DNA from: Sulfurospirillum sp.
GTDB taxonomy: Bacteria > Campylobacterota > Campylobacteria > Campylobacterales > Sulfurospirillaceae
NCBI GenBank assembly: GCA_045047115.1
Contig: JASFYR010000022.1
Coordinates: 1-64,000 of the forward strand
Reading direction: 5' to 3'
DNA length: 64,000 bases
The notes under the pieces: model-generated
What the model saw: only the letters and a program-made list of their open reading frames with translations
Databases searched by the model: none
What the model was told of the DNA's origin: nothing
Translations under genes and position numbers: made by a program
In this document: piece by piece, positions 38,018-48,662 of the stretch
How the letters are laid out: the number at the start of each line of letters is the position of its first letter
Position numbering within the stretch: the first letter of the stretch is position 1

Positions 38018-40864
38018 ATGTCGCTTTCAAGAAGAGACTTTTTAAAGTCAACTGCTGCTGCTAGTGCAGCTGCCGCTGTAGGAATCTCTATCCCTGATGA
38101 TGTGCAGGCTGCTGCTGCTGCAACACAGGATAAATGGAGATGGGATAAGGCAGCCTGTCGTTTTTGTGGAACAGGTTGTGGAATTATGTTAGCCACCAAG
38201 GGCGAAGGAATAAACAGAAGGATTGTTGCGGTCAAAGGTGACCCGGCAGCCCCGGTAAATCGAGGACTTAATTGTATTAAAGGTTATTTTAATGCCAAGA
38301 TTATGTATGGTGCCGATAGATTAACAACACCACTTCTCAGGATGAATGACAAGGGTGAATTTGATAAACACGGTAAATTTGCACCGGTTAGTTGGAAAAG
38401 AGCATTTGATGAGATGGAAAAACATATCAAGTATGCCCTCAAAAAGAATGGTCCTGAAGCAGTAGCTGTTTTTGGTAGTGGTCAGTACACTATCACAGAG
38501 GGCTATGCAGCTCAAAAGATGATGAAAGGCGGTTTTAGGAGTAACGCCATAGATCCAAATGCAAGACACTGTATGGCCAGTGCAGTTGTTGGTTTTTATC
38601 AAACTTTCGGTATAGATGAGCCAAGCGGATGTTACGACGATATCGAGTTAACTGATACTATTATCGCCTGGGGATCAAACATGGCAGAGATGCACCCAAT
38701 TCTTTGGTCAAGATGTACAGATAGAAAACTAAGCGATCCAAATCGTGTAAAAGTTGTCAGTATTCAAACATATACCAATAGAACTTGCGATTTGGCTGAC
38801 GATACTATCATCTTTAGACCGCAAACAGATCTGCTTTTGTGGAACTATGTAGCTAGAGAGATAGTATATAACCATCCTGAAGCAATTGATTGGGATTTTA
38901 TAAAAAAACACATAGTTTTCACAGCAGGACCTGTAAATATCGGTTATGGTATGAGAAGAAAAGGTGAACCGTCTTTGACTCCTGTTAGAGCCAATGGAAG
39001 TGCCGGAAGATATGATGCAAAAGAGATGCAGACAATCAATAAAGAGATGAGTAAAAAAGTGGGCTCAAGAGAAGCTCCTGCACTTGCGCCTTATGGTTAT
39101 AGTGAAAACGAAGTGATGAAAAACACTGCCGGCACTCTAAAGCATTGGCATATTAGCTTTGAAGAGTATAAAAAATCACTAGAGCCTTATACACTTGATT
39201 ATGTAGCAAAAGTTTCAAAGGGTGATCCTGATGAGCCACTGGATGCATATAAAGCAAAATTAAAAAGATTAGCCGATCACTATATAGAAAAAGGAAGAAA
39301 AGTAGTAAGTTTCTGGACAATGGGTATGAATCAACACACTCGTGGTAGCTGGGTAAATACTCTATCTTATAATGTTCACTTTTTATTAAATAAACAGGCA
39401 AAACCAGGTAACGGTGCTTACTCACTAACAGGGCAACCAAGTGCATGCGGAACCGCTAGAGAAGTCGGAACATTCTGCCATAGACTGCCGGCTGATATGA
39501 TGGTAAAAAATCCAAAACACAGAAAGATAACAGAAAAAGGTTGGCATATACCAAATGGTACTCTAAATCCAGTCGGTAACCAACATATTATGAAAATTCA
39601 CAGAGACATAGAGGATAGATTTGTTAAGTTTGCATGGGTAAATGTATGTAATGCTTATCAAGACAGTGCAAGCGCAAAACACTGGCTAAAAGCAGCAAGA
39701 GAGATAGAGGATCTATTCTTGGTTACAAGTGACGGATACCCTGGAATCTCTGCTATGGTTTCTGACCTCGTGCTTCCAAGTGCCATGATTTATGAAAAAT
39801 GGGGAGCTTATGGAAATGCCGAGAGAAGAAGTCAATGGTGGAGACAACAAGTCTTGCCAGTCGGTGATGCTATGAGTGATACATGGCAGTGGGTAGAGCT
39901 TTCAAAAAGATTTACAGTTGATGATCTATGGGGATCATATACTCTAAGAAACGGTAAAAAGCTAGCCGATGTCAGGGGAGATGCAAGATCTATGGGCTAC
40001 AGAGGTGATACAACCATGTTTGATATCCTCTTTGCAAATAACAGAGCAAAATCTTTCAAAGCCGATCGTGTAAACGACCCAATCCAAAGAGGCTATGACG
40101 ACTCTGAGGTATTTGGCGATGAGAGAAATGTAGTTGGAAGTGACGGAAAAGTCTTTAAAGGTTACGGTTTCTTTTTGCATAAATATCTATGGGAAGAGTA
40201 TGCAGACTTTGGTAGAGGACACGGACACGATTTAGCTCCTTTTGATGTCTATCATAGGGTTAGAGGTTTGAGATGGCCTGTTGTAAACGGGAAAGAGACT
40301 CTATGGAGATTTAATGGAGAGTATGATCCTTATGTTAAACATTTTGCAGGTCCAAATGCAGACTTTGCATTTTATGGTCCGATAGCAAAAAATCTACTTC
40401 AAGGAGATTTGAAAGGACCAGATAAGGCACTTGGTAAAAAAGCACTCAAAAATAAAGCGAAAATTTTTGCTCGCCCATATATGGATCCACCAGAAATGCC
40501 AGATAACGAGTATGATACATGGTTGTGTACAGGTAGGGTACTTGAACATTGGCACAGCGGGACTATGACTATGAGAGTGCCTGAACTTTTCCGTGCCGTT
40601 CCTGAAGCTCTATGCTTTATGAACCCAAAAACTGCGCAAGAGAAAGGTCTAAAAAGAGGTGATTTGGCTTGGATTGAAAGCAGAAGAGGAAAAGTAAGAG
40701 CAAGAATTGAGACAAGAGGAAGAAACAGACCTCCGAGAGGATTGGTATTTGTTCCTTGGTTTGATGAAAAGATTTTGATAAACAAAGTCTGCCTAGATGC
40801 TACTTGTCCTATGTCAAAGCAGACAGATTATAAAAAATGTGCCGTTAAGATATATAAAGTATAA
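38018..40864 (+). CDS. napA: Periplasmic nitrate reductase catalytic subunit
   Basis: Tat motif [15 protein letters not shown]...[13 protein letters not shown] (Mo-ligating Cys), [22 protein letters not shown]. Confidence 0.98.
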   Translation: MSLSRRDFLKSTAAASAAAAVGISIPDDVQAAAAATQDKWRWDKAACRFCGTGCGIMLATKGEGINRRIVAVKGDPAAPVNRGLNCIKGYFNAKIMYGADRLTTPLLRMNDKGEFDKHGKFAPVSWKRAFDEMEKHIKYALKKNGPEAVAVFGSGQYTITEGYAAQKMMKGGFRSNAIDPNARHCMASAVVGFYQTFGIDEPSGCYDDIELTDTIIAWGSNMAEMHPILWSRCTDRKLSDPNRVKVVSIQTYTNRTCDLADDTIIFRPQTDLLLWNYVAREIVYNHPEAIDWDFIKKHIVFTAGPVNIGYGMRRKGEPSLTPVRANGSAGRYDAKEMQTINKEMSKKVGSREAPALAPYGYSENEVMKNTAGTLKHWHISFEEYKKSLEPYTLDYVAKVSKGDPDEPLDAYKAKLKRLADHYIEKGRKVVSFWTMGMNQHTRGSWVNTLSYNVHFLLNKQAKPGNGAYSLTGQPSACGTAREVGTFCHRLPADMMVKNPKHRKITEKGWHIPNGTLNPVGNQHIMKIHRDIEDRFVKFAWVNVCNAYQDSASAKHWLKAAREIEDLFLVTSDGYPGISAMVSDLVLPSAMIYEKWGAYGNAERRSQWWRQQVLPVGDAMSDTWQWVELSKRFTVDDLWGSYTLRNGKKLADVRGDARSMGYRGDTTMFDILFANNRAKSFKADRVNDPIQRGYDDSEVFGDERNVVGSDGKVFKGYGFFLHKYLWEEYADFGRGHGHDLAPFDVYHRVRGLRWPVVNGKETLWRFNGEYDPYVKHFAGPNADFAFYGPIAKNLLQGDLKGPDKALGKKALKNKAKIFARPYMDPPEMPDNEYDTWLCTGRVLEHWHSGTMTMRVPELFRAVPEALCFMNPKTAQEKGLKRGDLAWIESRRGKVRARIETRGRNRPPRGLVFVPWFDEKILINKVCLDATCPMSKQTDYKKCAVKIYKV

Positions 40865-40875
40865 AAGGGTAAATT

Positions 40876-41754
40876 TTGAATCACAAACAGAAGGTTAAGT
40901 CATATAAACAACCACTAAGTGAAAGTAGAAGAGGATTTTTGGGAACGACCAGAAATATTGGTCTTGCAATCTTGGGTGGTCTTACTTGGAGTGCTTATGT
41001 AGATGAGGCAAAGGCAAATAAACTTTTGCTTCGTCCTCCCGGAGCTCTCAAGGAAGATGATTTTCTAAAAACTTGTATAAAATGCGGTCTGTGTGTGGAT
41101 GCATGTCGAAACAGAAATGGTAATATCATCTTTGATAAAAACGGCAAGAGAGTTGGCGCAAAAGATCCTACCCTAAGGCTTGCAGCTCCGGGAGACAATA
41201 AGCCTCTTGGAACTCCGTTTTTTATTGCAAGAGAAGATCCTTGTTTTATGTGTGATGATATACCTTGTGTTCCTGCTTGTCCTAGTGGAGCTCTTGATAT
41301 ATTGAGCCTTACAAACAAGAAGACAAAAAAGCTAGACATAAATATGGCAAGAATGGGTCTTGCCGTTGTCCACAAAGAGAGCTGTATAGCGTATTGGGGA
41401 CTTCAATGCGATGCATGTTATAGAGCATGTCCTCTTATGGGAAAAGCTTTAACTATAGATATGCAGATGAACAAAAGAACAGGAAAACATGCATTTTTGC
41501 TTCCGGTTGTTCATAGTGATATCTGTACTGGTTGTGGACTTTGCGAAAAAGCTTGCGTTGTTGAAAAAGCTGCCATTTTTGTTCTTCCTCGCGAGCTTGC
41601 GATGGGAGAAGTCGGTACCCACTATGTAAAAGGCTGGGATAGAAAAGATCAACAAAGAGTTGGAGCTGCCAAATCTATACATACCAAAGATAAAAGAAGC
41701 GAAAGAAAAGCGATAGATAAACTAAACGACTTGGGAGGACTGTTAGATGAGTAG
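40876..41754 (+). CDS. napG: Ferredoxin-type protein NapG
   Basis: SRRGFL, LRPPGA, multiple CxxC 4Fe-4S motifs. Confidence 0.93.
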   Translation: MNHKQKVKSYKQPLSESRRGFLGTTRNIGLAILGGLTWSAYVDEAKANKLLLRPPGALKEDDFLKTCIKCGLCVDACRNRNGNIIFDKNGKRVGAKDPTLRLAAPGDNKPLGTPFFIAREDPCFMCDDIPCVPACPSGALDILSLTNKKTKKLDINMARMGLAVVHKESCIAYWGLQCDACYRACPLMGKALTIDMQMNKRTGKHAFLLPVVHSDICTGCGLCEKACVVEKAAIFVLPRELAMGEVGTHYVKGWDRKDQQRVGAAKSIHTKDKRSERKAIDKLNDLGGLLDE

Positions 41755-42580
41755 TATAAGATTTCTAATAACAAGAAGAGTTGTTCAGATAACTATTCTT
41801 TTGCTTTACTTTGGCGGTAATTACTATGGATGGAAGATGTTAAGTGGAGATCTCAGTTCATCATCTATACTGGGAATAATACCTCTTAGTGATCCTTATG
41901 CTGTACTTCAAATGTTTGTTGCGGGTGCTGTTATATCATCAAATATTCTCATAGGAGCTGTGATTATTTTCCTCTTTTATGCGATTTTGGGTGGTAGAGC
42001 TTTTTGTTCGTGGGTTTGTCCTGTCAATATCATAACTGACGCAGCAAATTGGACAAGCAGAAAGTTTGGTTTTGATATGGTTGCCAAAAAGCAACCATCA
42101 AGCAGAAATTTGAGATATTGGGTTTTAGTTATAAGCTTAATTATCTCATTTTTTCTAGGCCTTACAGCATTTGAGTTTATTTCACCTATATCTATGATAC
42201 ACAGAGGTATCATATTTGGTATGGGATTTGGTTGGGCAGCTATGGCGATACTGTATCTGTTTGATCTTTTCGTGCTCAAAAATGGTTGGTGTGGACATAT
42301 CTGCCCACTCGGAGGTTTTTATTCTATAATAGGAAGATTTAGACTGCTAAAGGTAAAACATGACAGCGAGGCATGTACGGGATGTATGAAATGCAAAGTT
42401 GTATGCCCTGAAGTCCAAGTTTTACATATGATAGACAAAGTTTCTATTCCTGTGACCTCAGGAGAATGTACAAATTGTGGCAGATGCATAGATGTTTGTG
42501 AAGATAATGCCCTCGGGTTCTTTTTGAAAGTAGAAAATAATAATAAAAAAGGAGAGATAAATAATGAAAAAAATGAGTAA
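41747..42580 (+). CDS. napH: Quinol dehydrogenase membrane subunit NapH
   Basis: RAFCSWVCP, WCGHICP, two CxxCxxCxxxC motifs. Confidence 0.95.
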   Translation: MSSIRFLITRRVVQITILLLYFGGNYYGWKMLSGDLSSSSILGIIPLSDPYAVLQMFVAGAVISSNILIGAVIIFLFYAILGGRAFCSWVCPVNIITDAANWTSRKFGFDMVAKKQPSSRNLRYWVLVISLIISFFLGLTAFEFISPISMIHRGIIFGMGFGWAAMAILYLFDLFVLKNGWCGHICPLGGFYSIIGRFRLLKVKHDSEACTGCMKCKVVCPEVQVLHMIDKVSIPVTSGECTNCGRCIDVCEDNALGFFLKVENNNKKGEINNEKNE

Positions 42581-43187
42581 AATCGCTCTTAGTATCATAA
42601 CTGTTGGAATTTTTGTAGCGGGTTGTGCCACTACAAATGAATCAGTTAGTGATAACTCTTTGAGTCTAAGAAAAGCCAATGTGCAAAGTGAAAGTACTAT
42701 AAAATTAAATAAAGTAAATTACACCAATGCAACACCGGGTGAAGCAAAGAAGATTGAAAGATCATATGACAATGCTCCTCCTCTCATTCCTCATAGTGTT
42801 GAAGGTTTACTTCCTATTACTAGAGCTAACAACTCTTGTTTGGGATGTCATATGCCCGAAGTTGCGTCAAGTGTTCACGCAACAGCTATACCAAAATCAC
42901 ACTTTATAAACTTTAGACCGACTGAGATTATCGCAAAGAATGGTAAACTTATCAAAAAAGGTGATATTGTAGCTAGACCAAACGGTGGAGCAAATGATGT
43001 TTTTGCAACATCAACACATGGGAAACTATATGCAGGAAGATTTAACTGTACGCAATGCCATGTACCACAATCAAATGCAAAACCTTTGGTTGGTAACACT
43101 TTCAAACCAGATTATATGAACAAGAAACAGATGAATCAATCAAATTTTGTAAATACATATGATCAGGGAATAAATACCGTAAAATGA
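42564..43187 (+). CDS. napB: Diheme cytochrome c NapB
   Basis: APPLIPH, CLGCH, CTQCH; leader ends VAGC. Confidence 0.93.
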   Translation: MKKMSKIALSIITVGIFVAGCATTNESVSDNSLSLRKANVQSESTIKLNKVNYTNATPGEAKKIERSYDNAPPLIPHSVEGLLPITRANNSCLGCHMPEVASSVHATAIPKSHFINFRPTEIIAKNGKLIKKGDIVARPNGGANDVFATSTHGKLYAGRFNCTQCHVPQSNAKPLVGNTFKPDYMNKKQMNQSNFVNTYDQGINTVK

Positions 43188-43678
43188 TACAAAAACGAGA
43201 GCTTTTCGGCTCTCTTGTGTCATCTTTTAAAAGAGGAGGTCAAAAGAGTGAGACTATCATCCGACCTCCCTATTTTAGCGATGTTGAGAGTTTTTTAGAA
43301 AATTGCATAGAGTGTAATGGAGTTTGTGAAAACTTTTGTCAAGAAAAAATAATAGTTATAAAAGAGGATAAAACACCTGTTCTGGATTTTTCAAAAGGTG
43401 GCTGTACATACTGTGATGAGTGTGCAAAAGCTTGTGAATTTGGTGTATTGGATATAAAAAACAAAAGAAGCATTAAAGCAAAAATTACGATAAATGTGTT
43501 AGAATGTTTAAGTTGGGACAAGACGATGTGTTTTAGTTGTAAAGATGTCTGCATGGAAGATGCCATAGTGTATCTTGGACTCTTTAGACCTGAGATAGAT
43601 ATGGACATTTGTACAAATTGCGGTTTTTGCGTAAATGTCTGTCCTACCCAAGCAATTAAGGTAAAAAAATGGCAGTAA
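43184..43678 (+). CDS. napF: Ferredoxin-type protein NapF
   Basis: IRPPY, four Cys clusters; nap order. Confidence 0.88.
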   Translation: MIQKRELFGSLVSSFKRGGQKSETIIRPPYFSDVESFLENCIECNGVCENFCQEKIIVIKEDKTPVLDFSKGGCTYCDECAKACEFGVLDIKNKRSIKAKITINVLECLSWDKTMCFSCKDVCMEDAIVYLGLFRPEIDMDICTNCGFCVNVCPTQAIKVKKWQ

Positions 43679-43947
43679 AATTTGTATCAACTATCAAAGA
43701 AGATGGTATAGGCGGATGGTATATAGAGCTTGCAGACACTCTTGATAACAGAGTTGCAACTTGCAAAGATATGAAACAGTATGAAGATGCAATAGAGCAG
43801 ATGGGCGATGATTATGGTGGAGATATAGAGGTTGAGTGGAAAAAAGATGATAATGTTACCATAGCTCATTTTGAAGAGGTTAAGATAGAGATAGCAAAAT
43901 TTCAACAACAGTATAACCAAGAGGCTATACGTGGAGTTAAGACATGA
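43669..43947 (+). CDS. Small acidic hypothetical protein inside the nap operon
   Basis: Overlaps both napF and napL; 92 aa, D/E-rich. Confidence 0.75.
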   Translation: MAVKFVSTIKEDGIGGWYIELADTLDNRVATCKDMKQYEDAIEQMGDDYGGDIEVEWKKDDNVTIAHFEEVKIEIAKFQQQYNQEAIRGVKT

Positions 43948-44894
43948 AAAAGATTCTACTCATCTTAACTATATTGGTGATACAACTTTTTGCCAGAGAG
44001 ATAAACTCCTTGTATACGATAAAAACAGATGGAGAGATTTTAGGTGTTTTGGTACAAGATGACAAGATATATGCCTCCACTGATAGTGGCACTGTAGATA
44101 TATTTGATATAGAAAAAAAAGAGCTTATAAGAGTTATCAAATTTGATAAGATAAAAGATTTTTTTGGAGATGTGAGTGATGCGAGAGTTTTCTCTATAGA
44201 CAAGGAGGGGGGTAAGCTGCTTTTTGTATCGCAGGGAGAGGGAGGCTTTAGCAGAGTCTATCTATATCAGGGAAAAAAAAAGAGTTTGATATTTAACAAG
44301 AGAGATAAGCTCTCTGTTGTTAAAGCAAAGTTTATCTCAAAAGATAAAATTATCCTGGCACTGCTTAGCTCACAAGTGCTTTTATATAATCTTAAAAGTA
44401 AAAAATTTATTTACAATAAGCAGGTCTCTGGTTCAAAATTTTCAGACTTTGCACTTAACAGGGATAGAAGTAAAATGGCATTGGTGGATGAGAGCGGAAG
44501 TGCAACATTGATAGATACAAAAGATGGAAAAGTTATCAAAGTCTTTAAGGGGGAAAATCTTGACAATGTATATCAAGTAGATTATAAAAATCATATAATT
44601 GCCATAGCTAGCAAAGACAGAAGATGTGGAGTATATAGAGACGATGGAACTCTCTCGTATTATAAAAAAGCTGAGTTTATGGTATATAGTGTAGGTCTCA
44701 GTCCGGATGGCAAGATGTGTGCTTATCCAAGTGATTTTGTAAATAGTATAACAATTTTTGATACAAGTAACAAAGAGAATGTCTATAAACTAGTTGGTGA
44801 TAAGAGTACGATTTCAAATATTATCTTTACTGGCGACAAGACTCTTTTTACAACAAGTAAAAATAAGATAAAATTTTGGAGGTTAAAAAAATAG
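43944..44894 (+). CDS. napL: Periplasmic WD40-like beta-propeller NapL
   Basis: Signal peptide, WD-like repeats, position before napD. Confidence 0.8.
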   Translation: MKKILLILTILVIQLFAREINSLYTIKTDGEILGVLVQDDKIYASTDSGTVDIFDIEKKELIRVIKFDKIKDFFGDVSDARVFSIDKEGGKLLFVSQGEGGFSRVYLYQGKKKSLIFNKRDKLSVVKAKFISKDKIILALLSSQVLLYNLKSKKFIYNKQVSGSKFSDFALNRDRSKMALVDESGSATLIDTKDGKVIKVFKGENLDNVYQVDYKNHIIAIASKDRRCGVYRDDGTLSYYKKAEFMVYSVGLSPDGKMCAYPSDFVNSITIFDTSNKENVYKLVGDKSTISNIIFTGDKTLFTTSKNKIKFWRLKK

Positions 44895-45278
44895 ATGAAT
44901 ATTTCAAGTATAGTAGTTCAGACACTACCAAAGTATTTAGAGGGTGTTGTAGAGGAATTGAAGAGTTGTGGAGCTTGTGATTACCATTTTCATGATGAGA
45001 GCGGAAAGATTATCATAACAATCGAGGGAGAAGATGTCTCTGAAGAGTTGCAAAAACTAAAAGTCATAGAGGCAATACCGCATGTAATTGCCGCTGATAT
45101 GCAGATGAGTTACAGTGAAGATGAGCTTGACCGCCATATGAGAGTTCTGGAAAATGCAGATGCAGTTCCAAAGGTCCTTGACCAAGATACTACAAAGATA
45201 GATCCTGCTACAGTTGTATACAATGGAGATTTGAGAAAAAAAGATATATATGAATTTGCTGAAAAAACTAAAGTATAG
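44895..45278 (+). CDS. napD: NapA chaperone NapD
   Basis: MNISSIVV, GKIIITIEG. Confidence 0.9.
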   Translation: MNISSIVVQTLPKYLEGVVEELKSCGACDYHFHDESGKIIITIEGEDVSEELQKLKVIEAIPHVIAADMQMSYSEDELDRHMRVLENADAVPKVLDQDTTKIDPATVVYNGDLRKKDIYEFAEKTKV

Positions 45279-45287
45279 AGAAATATT

Positions 45288-45296
45288 TGCTATAAT
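45288..45296 (+). promoter_or_regulatory. Extended -10 TGCTATAAT 7 nt before the Fur-family ATG (probable leaderless transcript)
   Basis: Perfect TGnTATAAT; no Shine-Dalgarno. Confidence 0.6.
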
Positions 45297-45303
45297 TTGA
45301 TTT

Positions 45304-45672
45304 ATGAAAATAGAGAAAATTATAAAAGGTAAAAATCTAAAACTTACTCCTGCAAGAGTTGAGATTTTAGAGATACTTATAGAGCAAAATAAGCCCATCT
45401 CTTATGATGACATAAAAGATGGGCTATCCATGGACAAGGCTACTTTTTATCGGAATATTTCTAAATTTGAGGATAATTCTATCATTAGAAGTTTTGAATC
45501 AAATGATAAAAAGAGATACTTTTCCCTTGAGCAAAATTTTCATCCACACTTTATCTGCACAAGATGCAATACAATTTCATGTCTTAGCGAGAAAAATTTG
45601 ATAAATTTACAAGGTTATAAAATTGAGAGTATTATCATAAAGGGCCTGTGTCCAGCCTGTCTAAGTACCTAG
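45304..45672 (+). CDS. Fur-family transcriptional regulator
   Basis: LKLTPAR..IL, ATFYR, HPHFICTRC, GLCPAC. Confidence 0.88.
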   Translation: MKIEKIIKGKNLKLTPARVEILEILIEQNKPISYDDIKDGLSMDKATFYRNISKFEDNSIIRSFESNDKKRYFSLEQNFHPHFICTRCNTISCLSEKNLINLQGYKIESIIIKGLCPACLST

Positions 45673-46212
45673 CATCTCTTTTTTTAAACTCTTTTGTGCT
45701 GGTTTGTCACACAGCCAGATACCAAATAGTGCTTTTTTAAACTCCAATCCTTTGATGGAAGTGATAAATTTTGAGTTTTTGTAAATTTTTACTCCATTTT
45801 GAGGTGTATATATAAAGTCATAAATATCACCATCTTTTATCTCTTTTTTAAAGACATTGACAAACTTGTCAATCTGTTTTTTTAGAGGTTTTATATTGTT
45901 TTTTGTTGAATTCTCAAATCCCTCCATTGTGGCATCAATCATCTTTTTGCTTGTGATTAGTGATGAGGTTATATGTAGTTTTATAGCCATTGGTTCATTC
46001 TTGTTAATGATGCGAGATGCATCAGAACTTTCTTGCTTGAGGTATAAGCCGCCGACATACAGATCAAAGAAAAATTTGCTTCTAACTCCAGCTCCATTTA
46101 AGATAAGTCCATTTTGAAGAGTATCTCGCATATCTATACCTGAAATCTTAGCTCCAAAACTTAAAGTAGATACAAGTAATAAAAGAGTCAAAAATTTAAT
46201 AATTTTTTTCAT
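45661..46212 (-). CDS. Secreted chalcone-isomerase-like fold protein
   Basis: Signal peptide; LNGAGVRSKFFFDLYVGGLY, FGIWL...LK..MLG. Confidence 0.8.
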   Translation of the reverse strand: MKKIIKFLTLLLLVSTLSFGAKISGIDMRDTLQNGLILNGAGVRSKFFFDLYVGGLYLKQESSDASRIINKNEPMAIKLHITSSLITSKKMIDATMEGFENSTKNNIKPLKKQIDKFVNVFKKEIKDGDIYDFIYTPQNGVKIYKNSKFITSIKGLEFKKALFGIWLCDKPAQKSLKKEMLGT

Positions 46213-46213
46213 T

Positions 46214-46765
46214 TTAGAGTCCTAACGAAGGAGCAATGGCTCTCATGGAGAGGATAACTTCACTGATAAGTTCGTCCATACTGATACCAAGCATATCAGC
46301 ACCCTTTTTCATCACTTCTCTATCTGCTCCTGCGGCAAAGGATTTTTGTTTAAATTTCTTTTTGACTGATTTTAACTCTAAATCCATCACAGATTTTGAA
46401 GGTCTTACAAGTGCGCAAGCTGTGATAAGTCCTGTAAGTTCATCCACAGCATACAGAGTTTTTTCCATCTTCGAGATCGGCTCTACATCTGTACAAATCC
46501 CATAGGCATGGCTCATAATAGCCCTTATAATCTCATCACTGTAGCCCAAAGGCTCCATTATCTCTTTTGTTTTATGACAGTGTTGCTCGGGATATTTTTC
46601 ATAATCTAAATCATGAAGCAAGCCTACTATGCTCCATATCTGCTCATCTTCACCCCATTTTTTAGCAAAGTATCTCATTGCTCCCTCAACAGCAAGTCCA
46701 TGGGTCACAAGAGCATCACCATTGTACTTTTTTAATAATCTAAATGCATCTTCTCTATTTGGCAT
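46214..46765 (-). CDS. HD-domain metal-dependent hydrolase
   Basis: H..AVE, GLLHDLDYE, AVDELTG. Confidence 0.82.
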   Translation of the reverse strand: MPNREDAFRLLKKYNGDALVTHGLAVEGAMRYFAKKWGEDEQIWSIVGLLHDLDYEKYPEQHCHKTKEIMEPLGYSDEIIRAIMSHAYGICTDVEPISKMEKTLYAVDELTGLITACALVRPSKSVMDLELKSVKKKFKQKSFAAGADREVMKKGADMLGISMDELISEVILSMRAIAPSLGL

Positions 46766-46774
46766 AACCTCTCC

Positions 46775-48313
46775 TTATTTTAGTAAAATTCTTAAAACGC
46801 CGAAAATAAATATAAAAAGTGCCAACTCTTTTAGATCTTTATCATACAATAAAGTAAAGAAGCTTGTCAATATAAGAGTGAAGCCTTGAAGTAGGGGTTT
46901 TATAAACTCTTTGCTCTCTTTTGCTATCCAATACAACTGTTCTTTTGAGAGAACTATGCCCAGTTCTCCTTGCGACATATTTTGCACACTCTTTTGTAAA
47001 TTTTGTATAAAAAACGGAGTCTCTTTTATGGTATCAATAAAAAATTCAGCCATACTCTCTTTATTTCCCAGGGCTTTTGGGATATTTTCTTGCAGTATCG
47101 GGAGTATATCTTTTATGCCGTTGAAATTTTTTATATAAGTAGTTCCCAAGCCCTCTATAATGGCACTTGTCCTTAAGATATATATAGCATCACTTGGGAG
47201 TTTAAACGGAAAATCTCTTGTAGTACTTAAAACATCAAAAGCGAGTTTTTGCATCGATTCACTGGTGAGATTTTCATCGCTAAATATAGCAAACATCTTG
47301 GATGTAAATTCGGCTAACTCTGCAGTTGGAGCTTCATAAGCTATGGTTCCTAGTCTCTTGTTCGCGCTGATATAGAGCTCATAATTTTGTTCATTTGCCG
47401 CTTTTATCAGCTCAATTATTGCTACGCGCGTATCGTTTGCCACTCTCTTTACCATACCAAAATCTAGAAGAATCAACTCTCCTTCTTTCGAAACAAGCAG
47501 GTTTCCCGGATGTGGATCAGCATGAAAATAGCCCTCTATCAGCATTTGATCAGTATAAAAGTTGATAAGTTTTCTGATTATTTCTCTAAAATTTATCTTG
47601 TATTTGAGTAAATTTTCTTTATCATCAAACCTAAAACCCTCTTCATAACTCATCACCACAGCATCATCACTGCAAAATTTTTCATAAGGCTTGGGAAACC
47701 TTATACCACTCTCCTTATAGACTTTGCTGAAAGTTTTGAGATTTTGCAACTCTATTGTGAAAGAGACCTCCTGTCTAATCATCTTGCTAAATTCACAAAT
47801 GACAGCATCTATAGAATTTTTAGTATATGTACTAAAGAGTGGTCTGAAAAGATTATTGAAAAAGTTTATAATTCTTATATCTGCGTTTACTTGAGTCTTT
47901 ATACCATATCTTCTTAATTTGACAGCCACCTTTTCACCATTTAAAAGATAGGCGATACGCACTTGTCCTATAGAAGCTGAAGCGATTGGTTTTTTGTCAA
48001 AATCTCTAAGAGGCGACATGTTTTTAAAAGCTTTTTCGTAAACTTCATCGAACTCTCTGCTTTTCATCGGAGGCAGTTTGTCGTGAAGCTCTTTTAGTTC
48101 CACCAAATACTCTTGTGAAAAAAAGTCTGATCTGGTTGCCAATACTTGTGCAAGCTTTATAAAGCTAGCTCCTAGTGCGAATATACTCTCTTTGAGTTTT
48201 TTCGGAGACAAAGCCCTAAAAAATAGAAATTTCTCTCTCTTTTTAATGATAAGATACAGAGTTAATAAAAATCGAAATACGCTATAAATTCTTATAGGGT
48301 TGTAAAACCTCAA
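46775..48313 (-). CDS. AarF/UbiB/ABC1-family atypical kinase
   Basis: FIKLAQ, ASASIGQV, VAVK, FHADPHPGN, LDFG; C-terminal TMs. Confidence 0.9.
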   Translation of the reverse strand: MRFYNPIRIYSVFRFLLTLYLIIKKREKFLFFRALSPKKLKESIFALGASFIKLAQVLATRSDFFSQEYLVELKELHDKLPPMKSREFDEVYEKAFKNMSPLRDFDKKPIASASIGQVRIAYLLNGEKVAVKLRRYGIKTQVNADIRIINFFNNLFRPLFSTYTKNSIDAVICEFSKMIRQEVSFTIELQNLKTFSKVYKESGIRFPKPYEKFCSDDAVVMSYEEGFRFDDKENLLKYKINFREIIRKLINFYTDQMLIEGYFHADPHPGNLLVSKEGELILLDFGMVKRVANDTRVAIIELIKAANEQNYELYISANKRLGTIAYEAPTAELAEFTSKMFAIFSDENLTSESMQKLAFDVLSTTRDFPFKLPSDAIYILRTSAIIEGLGTTYIKNFNGIKDILPILQENIPKALGNKESMAEFFIDTIKETPFFIQNLQKSVQNMSQGELGIVLSKEQLYWIAKESKEFIKPLLQGFTLILTSFFTLLYDKDLKELALFIFIFGVLRILLK

Positions 48314-48585
48314 TCTTTTGATGATTTTAAATCCTCTTTTAATTTTTCTATGTCTTTTTTGGTGGCTAGACCTAGCTCGTCTATCACGTCTTTTATGGCT
48401 TTTTTAAAGAGTTCTTGAAGTTTGTCGTTCTCCTCTTCACCTCTTTTTTCCAAGGATTCCAAAAAACTTTTTGCATCATCTGTTTTGAGCTTACCTTTTT
48501 TCTCAAGCTTATCTACCTCCTCCTTTATGCTCTCCTTCATAATAGTAGCAGCACCTAATCCTGCATACAACATACTTTTTAACAT
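48310..48585 (-). CDS. Phasin-like small helical protein
   Basis: YAGLGA...KKGKL...ELGLATKKDIEKL pattern; coupled to the AarF gene. Confidence 0.7.
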   Translation of the reverse strand: MLKSMLYAGLGAATIMKESIKEEVDKLEKKGKLKTDDAKSFLESLEKRGEEENDKLQELFKKAIKDVIDELGLATKKDIEKLKEDLKSSKD

Positions 48586-48662
48586 GATAAATCCTTTTTT
48601 CTTATTATATATATTTTTTTTAAATATAGTGTATAATTACGAAATTTTTTTAAAGGTAAAGT

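Noticed and set aside
38018..40864. Selenocysteine-containing or frameshifted NapA
   Set aside because: Continuous ORF with a Cys codon at ARHCMAS; the long insertions are of the kind expected in Campylobacterota NapA.
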